Shown here piece by piece: positions 50,707 to 62,749 of a stretch of DNA of 64,000 nt (within the stretch, counting starts at the first letter, position 1; the number at the start of each line of letters is the position of its first letter). Both the position numbers and the translations under genes were made by a program. Source of the DNA: Vicugna vicugna (Eukaryota); assembly GCA_013265495.1 (NCBI GenBank), contig MU061578.1, positions 4,909,308-4,973,307 of the forward strand, in the 5' to 3' direction. The notes below the pieces were generated by a model. That model did no database searches, was not told the origin of the DNA, and saw nothing but the letters and a program-made list of their open reading frames with translations.

Positions 50707-51899
50707 GTGTGCCAGAGCACTTGCTGCAGTGAATGTTTGCTGAGGGAGGGCTGCTGTTGCACTAGTGAGGGGAGGGGACACTGGAGACGGATCCTTGTAG
50801 ACCTCCTGGTAGCCATCGCATGGGGATCAGAGAGGAGAACTTGGGGCGGTAAGTTTCTTTCTCCAGGGAAGCCCACTGGGAGCCATCAAGATGTCTAAAT
50901 CACAACAAAAACTCAGATCCTTCTCTTTGGAAAGTTTAGCCTCAAAGCAATCATACCACACTGCGTGACACCTATTTCTCTGTCTCCTCCTATGTCTGTA
51001 CTACTTTCCCTGGAAAGCTTAAGCATATATCCTGATCTTCTCAGCCCCACTGAGCCTCACTCCAGTAGGTGACAGCTTTCACAGTTGAGAACATGTGTGA
51101 CCCAGGTATCCTGGCACAGCTTCCCCCTCCCTGCATCTGTCTGATTTGCTGTCCAGGGGGAGCCAGCAGCTCTGAGCCCACCACCATCCCTGCGTTGTTG
51201 TGGACTGTGTGTGACTACCAGGAGCAGGGGCCTTGACTTTTGCTGGCCAGGGCCTTGATGTCTTGGTCACAGGCTCCCTCCTTCTCATATTCTCAGCTCA
51301 TTTTAGAAATCTGTCCCTTCTCCTGTGATGATTTGTCTGTGTCCCCAACAGATAGTGTCTGTATGAACATCTCTCTTTGCAGTGAATTTCTGGGTCATTT
51401 CTTTTCCTGTCTTTATTTCCATTCTTCATTCCTCTAAGCAAAAAGAAAATTAAAAATAGAAAGTATTAATTAAAAAAACACCCTCAACATTATTTAGGCT
51501 TAACTAAAAAGAAAATTTGATCCAAACCCCTCAGTGACACTTTTTATGCAAAAAGAATTTTCCCAGAGAGGCTAGCCAGAAAAAAAATACATCAATTTTA
51601 ATACCTGAAGTGACCAAGATGCAGGAGAAGGAGATTCAGAGGACCTGTCCCTGCTTGCCAGGTGAGGGTGTATCTGCTGTGGGTTCCCCAGAATAATGAC
51701 AGCAGAGACTCTGACGAAGACTGACCCTGGCCTCTCCCCAGTCGGGTTGACCACTGACAGGCTCACGCTGCTGATAGCTTTTGTTTCCTCTCAAACATCG
51801 GAAAGAACCACTTGGCCAGGAGTGTCCCCCAAATGCTCTTGAACCAAAACTACAGGGACATGGAGATGCTGATTCAGTGAGGCTTTTCTGGGTGCGTGC

Positions 51900-51927
51900 A
51901 TGCGTGTGTGTGTGTGTGTGTGTGTGT
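51900..51927. repeat. (GT)n microsatellite
   Basis: About 12 GT units seen directly. Confidence 0.9.
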
Positions 51928-53249
51928 TGATGTCCCTCCAGGAGCTATCTTTTTGCTACTGTTATAGAATTCTCACCACCCTGGGTTGGGTGTGGTTGAG
52001 TAAGGGAACCTCAGCATTGGGATTGTAGACCTCCCCTATTGACTGTGTGCCCCTGGGCATGTGTGAGTTTCAGTTTCCTCATCTGTAAGATGGGGCAATA
52101 ATACCTACCTCACAGGGGTGTTGTGAGGATTAAATGTGATGAGAGTAGCAGCTGAGTGATGTGCATATTTGAACTGCCTTGTCCCCTTGTCCATGGCCAC
52201 TTTTCAAAATCCAAAAGTTCTCTGCCTTCTCCCAGCCTGCACCTGTAGGAGGAAGCCACTCCAATGGGACCTAATACCACCTGGCTGTGGTGTGGGGTCT
52301 CCCTGTGTCTTAAGTGCTGGCTGAAGCCCTTTCCCCCTCCCCTCCTACCTCACAGAGAATCATTTTAGGCAGTAATGCTGTCAGCCTGCCACAACTAGGC
52401 AAGAAAACAGGCCACTACTGATGGAGGGACCCACCCTAAGAACAGTCCCAGGGCTGCCTGGGTCCCAACCCATCCCCTCTTCTCTGCCTGGCACCCTTGG
52501 CTCCCCTCCTTCATGTCTGTCTGCCATGCTGCAGTACCTTCCCATTAGCAACTGTGAAATGGACACCTCTCCACACACAACCCCCCTCCCCCGTTTGTCA
52601 TCCCTCCTGCTATCCCCTGAGATTTCTTGGCCCCTGTTGCCTTTTTATTTTGGGCCCTGCTACCTGCATCACTCCTCCCAGCTAGCAACTGTCCCCAAAA
52701 TCCCCCTCCCCAGGTGTCTCCTGAGTCACTGAAAGCCCCATTCTCCCATTAAGTGGACACTTCCTCCTGGGATAGCCTCCTGTTGTTTCTATGACACCAG
52801 GCTCTGCCGTCCCTCCACCTGTCTGGGCGCCAGCTCCCCCTCACCTGTCCCTGTCCACGGACACCTGCCGCACCTTGTACCATCTTGCCCAGGCCCATTG
52901 CTCATGTGCCACACCCTTGTCTGCCGGACTTCATCCCCCTCTACCTAGGTGACTACTAATGGCTCATCACCTCACTAGCATGTCCAAAAGTGAACACTCC
53001 CTTGTCCCTGCTTCCAACACACGTTATCCTCACCTCTAGCGACGGTTCCTGCAGTAAATATCTATTGGGCCCCTCCCGTGCCTTGCCCTGTGCTAGGAGG
53101 CCCGGGGTCAGCAAGGCAGCTGGGCCCTGCTTTAGATCGCCTTCAATACAAAGACGAAGCCAGCCGTTAAGCGACTACAGGTGCCACCATCTACCCAGTT
53201 ATCTAAACCAGAAGCCTGCTCACAATTCGAGGTTCTCACCTGAGTTCCC

Positions 53250-53700
53250 TGCACTGCCCCGGGTCGGGGCTCACTTTCACAACCGCCGGGGGAGGGGCGG
53301 GGTTTGCCACTGGACAGTTGTCGGAGAGGGCGGGCCCTGAGCTCGGCTCGGGATTGGGTAGCGCGGGCGGAAGGAGGTGATCTTCTAGCCGGAAGAGGAG
53401 GGATTGTCCGGCAGCGGCAAATAGCGAAGAATTGCAACAGTCTTCATGCTGCCCGCGGACTGCTCGAGCCGGTGAGGCCCGCGCCGCAGGAGGGAGCGGG
53501 GACGGGGCGGGAGGGCGCGCGGCCCGAGGCCCGTCGGGTGCTGAGCTGCGGATGCGTCCCTCCCAGGCTGGTGGCCGAGCTGCGGGATGCCCTGGATTCC
53601 TGCGCCCAGCGACAGCGGCAGCTGGAACGGAGCCTCCGAGTCTCCCGGCGGCTGCTTAGAGCCTGGTATGCGGACCCCGAAACCACCCAACTAGGCCTCT
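53250..53700 (+). promoter_or_regulatory. TEDC2 CpG-island promoter
   Basis: CpG-rich stretch with GGGCGG boxes (~53295, ~53328) and an ATTGG (~53352) upstream of ATG 53446. Confidence 0.65.
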
Positions 53701-56700
53701 CTAGGACCGTCAGAACCCAAATTAGAGCCCCTGGGCCGGGAGGCCGAGCCCAACGCTCACTTCCGAGTTGCCGGTTGTCAGTGTTCCCCCGGCTTTCCCC
53801 TGCAGGCCCGGGGACTTCTCCTAGGCTAGGCGTCGGGGCGGGGGTGGTTTTGGACCTGGGCCCTCCCTCCTGACCGTGCCACCACGGCTGCCCTGTGTCT
53901 TCACAGGGAACCAGCCGAGACCCCAGTTCCGGAGCCAACCCCAGGGCCAGAAACTGATGAAGAGGTTCCGTCTTCAGGTAAACCTCAGCCACCCACCTTC
54001 TGCAGGTGCCACCCCTGGCCTGTCTTTTGGAGTGCAGTGGTGAGGGACCCTTTGCGGGAGACAGTGGTGAGGGACCACTACATGACTTTTAGCTTTCACA
54101 GCATGCTCACCCAGTCCCCAAGACCTCAAAGAGCTGGAGCTTCTGACCCAGGTGCTGGAGAAGGCTGTACGGGTGCGAAAAGGCATCTCAAAAGCTGGAG
54201 GAGACAAGGCCCCCACTGTGAAGTCTGAGTCCACTGCCGCTTCCCCTGCCACCAGAGCCTCCACCCGACTCCGGGCCTCAGACTGGACTGGCAGCCATGC
54301 ATCAGAAACAAAACCCCCCAGGGGCATCCGTCAAACCAGGGTGCCTGCCAAGGACCTCTCTGAGCACAGGCTTGTCTCAGTGGAGGATCCAGCCTGCATA
54401 GGGCGAGGGGCCCGAGCTGCCAAGCTGGAACCAAGCCGCAGGAGCCAACAAACAGTCCCAATGGCTGCTCCTCAGGCCCGAGAAGTTTTTACACTCAAGG
54501 ATAAGGGGTAGGTCTCCCATACCCTCACTGGGGGAATCGCTGTCTCTACCTGATCAGATCCTGGGCAGCAGTAAGAGTCTGGGTTTGGGGTGACCGGGGG
54601 GGGGGCAGGGCATTGAGCTGGAGGTGGGCCAGGAGAACCCCACGATGCCACCCCATGAGGCCCATGACCTGAAACTGGCAGAATGGAACGGTAGGCTGTG
54701 GAGGTGCCACGTGGGATGTGCTGGAGCCTGTCCTGTTCTCTGTAGCTGCCTAGTGCCCTGTCCTCTTATCCACCCAGCCCGGGGGTTGCACATAGGCTCT
54801 AGAAGGCCTGGGCTTTGCTTTCTCTTCCCTCTGCCAGGCCAGACCTGGAGTGGACTGGCTCCCGTGGTCACTCTGGAAGCCCTGTCTGAGGGGGTGGGTG
54901 AGCCTCAAACCTGATGGGGCTGAGTGGGGCCTGTAATCCCCAGAATGAGGCAAGGCTGCTCTGAGCACCGGCTTCCCCAACAGGATCCTGCTGCAGCTGC
55001 CCGTGGCCTTCAGGAAAGCAGCTTCCCAGAACTCCCGGTGAGGCTGAGCTTGGGGCTAGGTGGGAGTGGAGGGGAGACCAGGGGAGTGTGGAAAGCAGGG
55101 AGGCTGAGGCTTGCAAGACTTTTCAAGCAGGTTCTTCTGCTTTATTTGCTAGGTGGTGACACTATCTTAATAGAGTCAGCCTACTTAGGACTGCTATAGT
55201 CATCTTAGACTCAGTGGGCCCAGCTCAGCCTCTCTCAACCTGTGGGACCTTGAGCAAGGCACTTAGTGTTTCTGAGTCCCAATTTGTCTTCCTTGTAGAG
55301 GTGACAGTAGTAGTACCAGCTTTATAGAGGTGTTGTAAGGGTTAAATGAGGTGGTGCCTGCAAGTGTTTGTGTTGTGCCAGGTTCAGAGCCAGCACTCAT
55401 AGCCCTTATCATACATCCTGGTTACAGTCACTGCTGGCCTCTCTCCCCTTCCTTGAATTCTGTCCTGGTACTTCCCAGAATGGGGCAGCTCTGTCCCCTT
55501 TTCATGGATGGTGTCTCCTTGGTTCCCTGGGGCCTCCAAAGGCCCTTCCGGACATACAGCAGAGTCAGACACCCCAGGCTGGGGCCCCTACCCTGGCCCT
55601 TGCCTACTTCTCATGGCCCAGCCCAGCTGGCTCGAATAACCACAATGCTCTTTGGTTCCCTCACTGCCATGTGTGCCTCCCAGCCTGTGGGCCCAGCTCA
55701 GCTCTACACATACCAGTGATTCTGGGGATGCTGCTACTACTGCTAAAAACCATTTCCTCCAGAAAATGCAGACAACCGTATCCTTGCTGGGCTTGCAGGA
55801 GCCTGCGATGGGAGTGGGTGGAGGGTTGGGAGGGAGCAGAGGTTCTGGCTCTAAACCTGGGGAGTTTGAGGAGCAACTCTAGGACCCAGTCCTTGGGGGA
55901 AAGGGCTGGGAGGGGCCTGGCCACAGGGGAATTTCCCTGACCAATGTCCAGTCAGGCTGGCCCAGCTCTAGGCTCAGTCCCGCAGAGGTGGAGGCGGAGG
56001 TAGGGCGCCTGCAGAAGGCCTGCTCGCTTCTAAGACTTCGAATGGGGGAAGAACTCACTGCAGGTTAGTGGGCCCTGATTTGGGTCTCTGGTGGGAGTGA
56101 GGAGGGCTGGGCTCAGGGAGAGCTTCAGGACCAGCACGGACCTGGCCTGCCCTCCCTGACTCATGTAGACCCCAAGGACTGGATGCAGGAGTACCGCTGC
56201 CTGCTCACCCTGGAGGGGCTGCAGGCCCTGGCGGGGCAGTGTCTCCACAGGCTGCAGGAGCTGCGTACAGGTGAGACCCCATCCCCGCCTCCACCTGTGC
56301 TGAAATCTGGTGGGGGGGTCAGAGTCCTCTAGCCACAGGGAAGTGTTGGGACTTTAACAGCAGCCCAGGAGCAGAGGCAGGCAGGCCCTTCCCCATGTCA
56401 CCCCACTGCATCCTAAGTTCTCACTGGTTGTCCTGTGGAGCTGGCCAAGACAGCTCCCCCGCTCCATTCCCTCTCCCAACACACAGATCCCATCACTCTA
56501 AGAACTTGCTTATTTAGCCAGTTAGGCTTGTGAGACTTAGGTGCTAGCAGATACCTGGTATTGCACGATAGTTATTTATGGACAATACGACTTCATCCAG
56601 GAGGCAAAGGGAGACTTTGCATCCCGTAAAAGGTGAGTGGGGAGGAGGCGCCTGGCCACTGCCCCATGAGGCCTTAGCCCTCTGTCCTTACAGCAGTGGT

Positions 56701-57353
56701 GGAACAGCAGCTGGAGCCATGGCCTGAGGGGAGACTCCCTAGGGCCTCATCACCCTGTGGAGGAGGAGCAGACACTATCCGGAGCCCCCCATTGCTTCTC
56801 TACTCCAGTACCCAGGAGCTGCAGACCCTGGCAGCCCTTAGGCTGCGGGTGGCCATGCTGAACCAGCAGATTCACCTGGAAAAGGTACTTCCAGCTTGGG
56901 GAGTAGGTGACTTTGTTAGGGGTACCATGGGCCCTGGTGAGGACTCCAGATCTGCAGCCTCGTGAGGACTTGGCCTCGAGAGTCTATCTGTGCTTCTCCC
57001 CTCAAGACCCACCAGGGAAGGATGGGAGCCTCTGAGCCCGTGCACGTGCTGAGGGTGCTGGTGCTCTGGGAGGAGGGAAGGGCTGGAGCCTGGTGTATCG
57101 AAGTCTGCTTTGGAATTGCCCCACTCCTCAGGCCTGCCTGTGGGGGCCCTGAGCTAGTTGAGACGGGGCCCTCCTGAGACCTTGGCCCTGTACCACCCTG
57201 CAGGTCCTGATGGCTGAACTCCTCCCCCTGGTGAGGGAGCAGGAGCCCCTGGGGCCGCCCTGGCTGGCACTGTGCCGGGCTGTGCACAGCCTACTCTGCG
57301 AGGGGGGCGAGCGCTTCCTCACCATCCTCCGAGAAGATGAGCCTGCTGACTGA
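53446..57353 (+). CDS. TEDC2: Tubulin epsilon and delta complex protein 2 (C16orf59), 10 coding exons, 434 aa
   Basis: Exons 53446-53471, 53567-53665, 53907-53977, 54102-54507, 54984-55037, 55684-55777, 55952-56063, 56169-56270, 56694-56884, 57204-57353 join in frame (1305 nt). Protein MLPADCSSRLVAELRDALDSCAQRQ...SPQDLKELELLTQVLEKAVRVR...DWMQEYRCLLTLEGLQ...WLALCRAVHSLLCEGG matches human TEDC2 as recalled, and synteny downstream of CCNF agrees. Confidence 0.95.
55778..55951 (+). other. TEDC2: U12-type (minor spliceosome) GT-AG intron in TEDC2
   Basis: Donor GTATCCTT, branch-like TTCCCTGAC at 55933-55941 about 10 nt before the AG, and no polypyrimidine tract. Confidence 0.85.
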
Positions 57354-57763
57354 GCCCTTCCCATAGCCAGGTGGCCAGGCCCGTCCCTCAGCTCCCAGAG
57401 CCCTGCAGCAAAGGCAAGCTGATTCTGCCCCCGACCCTATCTGCTGGGGAGAGCCCCTCTTCCCTAGTCAGAGTTAAGTGAATGGGGATTAAGGGGTTTT
57501 TCACTAGTGTAGTGAGCAAGGGGCCCAGAGGTGTCCATGCCCCCTTGGAAAAGCAGGCTTCTGAGGGTTCAGGGACTACAGCCTGGCTCTTCCTGAGGGG
57601 CACAGGGCCTTTGTCAGCTGCTAAACCTGCTGATCAGGGCTCGGCTGGGCTCGGCTGGACTCAGCTGGGCCTTCCACAGGCTCAGGAGAACAGAGGCTCG
57701 TGCGGGCTTTTCTTAGCTACCTCTGTTTTCTCTTGCTTTGCACTTAAAAGCCACTTGTGTGAC

Positions 57764-57769
57764 ATTAAA
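57764..57769 (+). terminator. TEDC2 poly(A) signal ATTAAA
   Basis: ATTAAA about 410 nt after the stop, followed by a long GT/T-rich element at 57810-57870. Confidence 0.6.
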
Positions 57770-59498
57770 ACTACATTAGGAAGTATATATATATTTAAAT
57801 CATACCAAGGTTGGATTTGGTGTTTGTTGGTTTTCTTCCTTTTGTTTTGTTTGTTTGTTTGTTTTTTTTTACTTACTGAGAATTTATGAAGCGTATTTAC
57901 CAAGAACAGGCATATTCCTTCTGTAGTGAAAGGAGGGGGCAAGGCCACTCAAGGTGGGCCGCACCGGGGACTCACTTCATGCACTGGCCCTGGCACACCT
58001 GAAACCCCTCCCCACAAGTTCCTAGATTTGTACTGGGCACAAAAAAGCCACAAGCCTCTATCATAGTGGGCAGCCATGTCTCCTGGTGCCCATGCCCACT
58101 ACCACCTCCTGTGCTGTGCCGTTGCTAGTGGCTGGTGTGGGCCTTCCGCACTGAGCCACCTCCAGGGAAAGGGCCCATCACCTCCTTTGCTCCATTATTA
58201 CCTCTGAGGCTCCCACCTACCCTGCTGAAGGAATCATTGTTTCCTAGAAGGCAAGAAAGTGTAGAGGTCAAAGTCAGATCGTGGGTTGACATTATAACTT
58301 GTCTGCTGCTGTGGGACTTTCAGCAAGATTCTCAATGATTTTGAGCCTCAGTCCCCATTGTCATACTGGGACAGTGGTTATTACCACTGGGGCTGGGGTG
58401 AAGATGAATCAAGATGATGTTAGATGCTTCACAGCTCTGGGCCTTGATGGGGGCTGGGAGGCATTGGTGTAACTAACATGAATCTACTGAGCACCCGTGT
58501 GGGCCAAGCACAACCTGCAGAGCTGGCGCACTAGCCCTTTGTGTGAACATTGATGTGCAAGACCAAGTAACACCCGCTTCCTCCCTGAGAGACTCAGGCC
58601 CTGGAGGCAGCTCATTCCTGAGAAGGCTCAGTCTTATGAGAGCCTGATGAAGTGTTCGAGATATGGGGGAATGAACTGGGTGATGCTGAAGTAGCCTCGG
58701 GGTGGCCCCATCCTGCAGGAGGCCCTAGTTGTAAAAGTCAGCAGGCCAGAAACCTTGAACATGGAGTCCTAGGTCTTTTGGGCTGCTGGGGACCAGATGA
58801 CAGACCAAAGTAGGAAATAAAAAACCAGGGCATTCATTGCACTGAGGGGCTTCTGGGGAGTGGAACTCCAGGGTAGGGGGAGCAAGAGAGGGAGGTTACC
58901 TGGGGGACAAGCACCTCTTTCTGGCCACTCCATTGCTGCCTCCAGAGCTTATGCTCAGCTGCGGGGATCTGGAGGAACCCTTAATCTCCAGGGCAAATCC
59001 CACCACCACCCTGTTACTAGCCACCCCAGAATCAGTTTCCACAGCAGGTGGTCTCCATGACAGTCATTTCCTCCGCTAATTCACTTGGTTTATTTTGTAT
59101 CTTCTCTATTGGGCAGGGATGCTGTCCACCTCCATCCCTAGCTAGGCCCAGCTGGGTGCCCAGAAATTGTTGACTCAATGACCCACCCATCTGAGGCCAG
59201 TCCTGGGCACTGGTGGTGTCCTGCGGTCTGCTGTGAGCACCTGGGCCTTCAAGGGCAGGGAGGCGCTGCGGATAGCACGAGGGGAGAGGCCTGGGGGGGC
59301 CTCGGCACAGGGCACCCAGGGCAGGAAAGGGAGACCCTCACCTCTGGATTAGCGCCCGCCCACACGATGCCAGGAGACAGCGGCGAACTCCTCCCACTGC
59401 CGTCACCGCATACCGTCCAATCCACTCTGACGTGGCGGGCAAGCTGGGGCTGCAGGGGCGCCCACACCCACCCCGAGCGCAGCCCCCGCGTCGGAGGC

Positions 59499-59819
59499 AT
59501 GAGCTCGCACGAGCCCCCACCCGCGGCCCCTGCCAAGCCCCCGGGGGTCCTACGCGCGCTGCTCTTGGCCACCGGCGGCGCGGGGGGCTCGTGGCCCCGC
59601 TGCGTCCTGCCCTTCGGCGCCGTGGCTCTCCTTGCTGGCGCCTCTGCCACGGCCATCACCTTCTCGCTGCGCGGACCCCGCCTGGACCTGGCCCAGAGAG
59701 CGTCGCTGGCCGCACTCGGCGCGGGCCTCGGGCTCCTGGCCGCCGCCTTCCTGTGCTGGCGCGCTCGGCGGCGGCGGAGGGCCATGCGCGGGGGGCGGCA
59801 GGAGCCGGGGACGCCCTGA
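59499..59819 (+). CDS. TMEM100-like two-transmembrane protein, single coding exon. 106 aa from ATG 59499; 150 aa from 59367 or 213 aa from 59178.
   Basis: Open frame contains LLLATGGAGGSWPRCVLPFGAVALLAGASATAITFS...SLAALGAGLGLLAAAFLCWRARRRRR. This aligns by eye with recalled TMEM100 LMAATGGTELSCYRCIIPFAVVVFIAGIVVTAVAYS...GLVVLSSGLFLLASSALCWKVRQR. Two hydrophobic segments, a basic tail, a CpG island and AATAAA at 60265. Confidence 0.78.
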   Translation: MSSHEPPPAAPAKPPGVLRALLLATGGAGGSWPRCVLPFGAVALLAGASATAITFSLRGPRLDLAQRASLAALGAGLGLLAAAFLCWRARRRRRAMRGGRQEPGTP

Positions 59820-60264
59820 GCCCGCGCGCCAATCCCTCTGCCCTGCGAGGTCACGGCGAGCCGGCGCCTCCTCCCTTCGGACCTCGCCCCAGCCGGCTGG
59901 CGCAGTGCGTGCGGCTCGCGGGTCCTGGAAACCTCCCCAGACCCTGTCCCCAAACTGTATCGTTCTGAACCGTTAGAAGGCCTGAGCTTTAGTGGGCTAC
60001 GAGTCATTTCCCTCCCCTCCCCAGACTCGGCTCTCCCCTTCTCGCGCCCCTCCTCCGCCCAGTGTTGCTTTTCGGCGTTTCGCTTGGCGCGCAGAGCGGG
60101 GCTGGCGGCAGTATGCGCGGCACAGGGGCCCTGCCGGGTGTGCAGGGTGCGGGGCGGCAGCTGGCCGGGGACTTGACGTGGCCACCTTCCTCGGGACGAG
60201 GCGCCCTTCCCGAGCTGTGTCTTACCCGCTGGGGTGGAAGCCTCTCGAGGCATAATAGGCACTC

Positions 60265-60270
60265 AATAAA
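60265..60270 (+). terminator. Poly(A) signal of the TMEM100-like gene
   Basis: AATAAA followed by GT-rich tgtttgtgcttt, about 445 nt after the stop, at the edge of the CpG island. Confidence 0.5.
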
Positions 60271-62749
60271 TGTTTGTGCTTTATGTGAACAAGTGGTGGC
60301 TTGCGTCTGATGAACAGTGGGATCCTGGGCTAGGCCTGGAGTATTTGATCAGTTGGTCTTTTAAGGGAAAGACCCCAGCCCCCTGAGGCTTGAGACTGTC
60401 AGGGTCCCTCGTTTCGTTTTCTCCCAGATAGGTTCCCTGAGCCCCAAAGCCAGCAACTATCACTCCAAATGGGGGCGAGGATGGGGGTAGGGGGACTGCC
60501 ACCTGAAGAGTTACAGGTGGGGACCTGGAGGTGGAGCCTCTCCTAAGGTGCCAAGAGTGGGCAGGGCCTGCAGAGAACTGTGAGGTGTGAGAGGCTCTAT
60601 TCAGGGGCCGGAGCCAGATGGCTGAGTCCACAAGGAGAAATGATCCTGGGTTGGGTGCTGTGGGGAAGGCCCCCTCATAACTCCTATCACACCATCTGCC
60701 AGGGCTGCACCAGGGACCAGAAGAGAATGCATACCCTAGGGCCGTTCCAGGGAAGAGGCTGGGCTGCCTGCAGCCTCTTCCCTGGGGAGCTAGTAGTGCC
60801 AGCTGACCCTGATCAACACTGCAGGCTGAGCTCTGGGGGCCTTATACCCACACCAGAAGCCACCAGATGTTTTGCAGACCCTAATCCCAACTCATGAGGA
60901 GGCTGGGCCATACACAAAACCTGCAATGCTGGGCAGGGAGAGCTGCTCCCTGCTTTCCTCCTTCCTGGAAGGACTCCTGAAGTCCAGATAGCCACAGTTT
61001 TGCTGGAGGCTTGTCTCGGGCCCTGGGGAACCACTGTGTTGGGCCTGTGCATTTCTCCCCACTGTGGCCACCTCCTTGCTTCTAACAATCCCAGAAGGAT
61101 TTATCACATCCCTCACTCTCCCACCAGGGCTCCTCCCATCCCAGCGAGTTTTGAGGCTGATGATCAGAAAAACCTTGAAGAGGATGGTTGGAAAAGTGTT
61201 GTTTCTGAACCTCACCCATCCCAGAGCAGAACTGTGTGCCCTGCCAGCTCCCTCACTCATGCATGGCTGTTTGTTACAAGGGGCTTAATCTCTTCATCGA
61301 GAAGTTGAAGGACAGGTCCCTGTGGCACCTGCTTTCTGGGGCATGGGGCACCCTTGGCCTTCCTGTTGTTGTTAGAGGTGAAGGGAGAGGCTAGCAGCCC
61401 CTGTGGCCCTCCTGTCTCAGTCCTTCTAAAGTCTGTCATCCCATCAGTCCCTTCACCCCACCCACCCTACCCGCCCTGCTGAATGTGTGCTATTCAGGCC
61501 TGGGAAAGGGCCTTGACCAGAGGGTGACTGTCTTCCCCCACCATCCAGTCTTCCCGCTGCTCTTTTTCCAAAGTCAAGCTCTCCTGCATCCTCCTCTTCT
61601 TCAGTATACCCTGGGAGGTTTCAGTGCCCTCCTGTCCCTCCTCTCCTAAACAGCAGAAGGATTCTTCTTCTCTCCATCCTCTTCTTGTCCATCCCTGCAC
61701 TATCTCTGGCCCAGCTGAGGGTGGCAGCCCCCGCCTACACAGACACCCATATGGTGTCCTCCACTTGCTGCTGGGCCTGGCCTGGGGTCAGCCTCCCATC
61801 TGAAACTTCAGGCCTCAGAGCTGCTCCCAGGTAGGATGTATTCCTGTATTCCCTGCCCCCACTGCATGGGGCTGACCCTTCCTGAAATACTTGGCTCCCT
61901 CCATCAAGGACCTAAAGGTCATGGGGAAGGGGTCTTTCTGTCCAGAGCGACTTCTGGCCCCTCTTGCCTGGGGCCATTCTTAGTTGCAGCTGCCTCACCC
62001 CCAGATGGTGCTCAGGCTACCCAGCTGGACTGTTTCCCTGCCCAAACCTGCTAGTATGTGGCTGGGACTCAGGAGTTCTAGCACTGAACCGTCTGTGACT
62101 CGGCCCTCCCCATGGATCAAACCAGACTCCCTACCTGTCACAGGAGGTCCTCAACAGCTGACCAAGGCCCTGTCACCTACTGGGCTATACCTGCCCCCCA
62201 CCCCAACATACACACACACATACATGCACAGCTCCAGCTTCCTCCCTGCCAGCTTTAATGCCCATCATGGTGATGCAAGTAGACACTCAGAGACCCAGGG
62301 GTGGTTTGGGACAAGAGTTTGGCCTGATCCCAGTGGGGAATGCCAGCTTCATCACTTAGGTGAGCTCAGGCCAGTCCTGGGGTGCAGTCCTTCCTGAACA
62401 TGAGGCAGGAGGGACCCAAGTGAGCTCCCTGGGTACATCTGATACCTATGTAGCTCATGATATCCCAACAGCTTGGCAAAGTTGAATTACAGGCATCTGG
62501 CTGATGAGGAAACTGAGGCTTGGGCAAGTTAAGGAATCTAAACCACACACAACTAGAAATTGGAGCAGCTTGGATTCAAAATCAGACCTGGCCCCAATCC
62601 TGGGTTCTTTCTACTAGAGCAGACTGCTGCCTTGGGGATACCCCAAAACCACCAGCCGGGATTGTCCTCCTTTGCCCTGAATGTGCCCTGTAGGGATGGG
62701 GGAGGGAGGAGCATCTGGGCCCCAGTCTTCAGATGCAGGGCCCAGCCTG

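Noticed and set aside
33200..57353. Intronic miRNAs annotated in human CCNF and TEDC2
   Set aside because: I could not identify supporting hairpins in this sequence.
59249..60262. 337-aa minus-strand ORF, the longest in the track
   Set aside because: Antisense shadow of the GC-rich TMEM100-like island; low-complexity Arg/Pro/Ala/Gly content with no recognisable domain.
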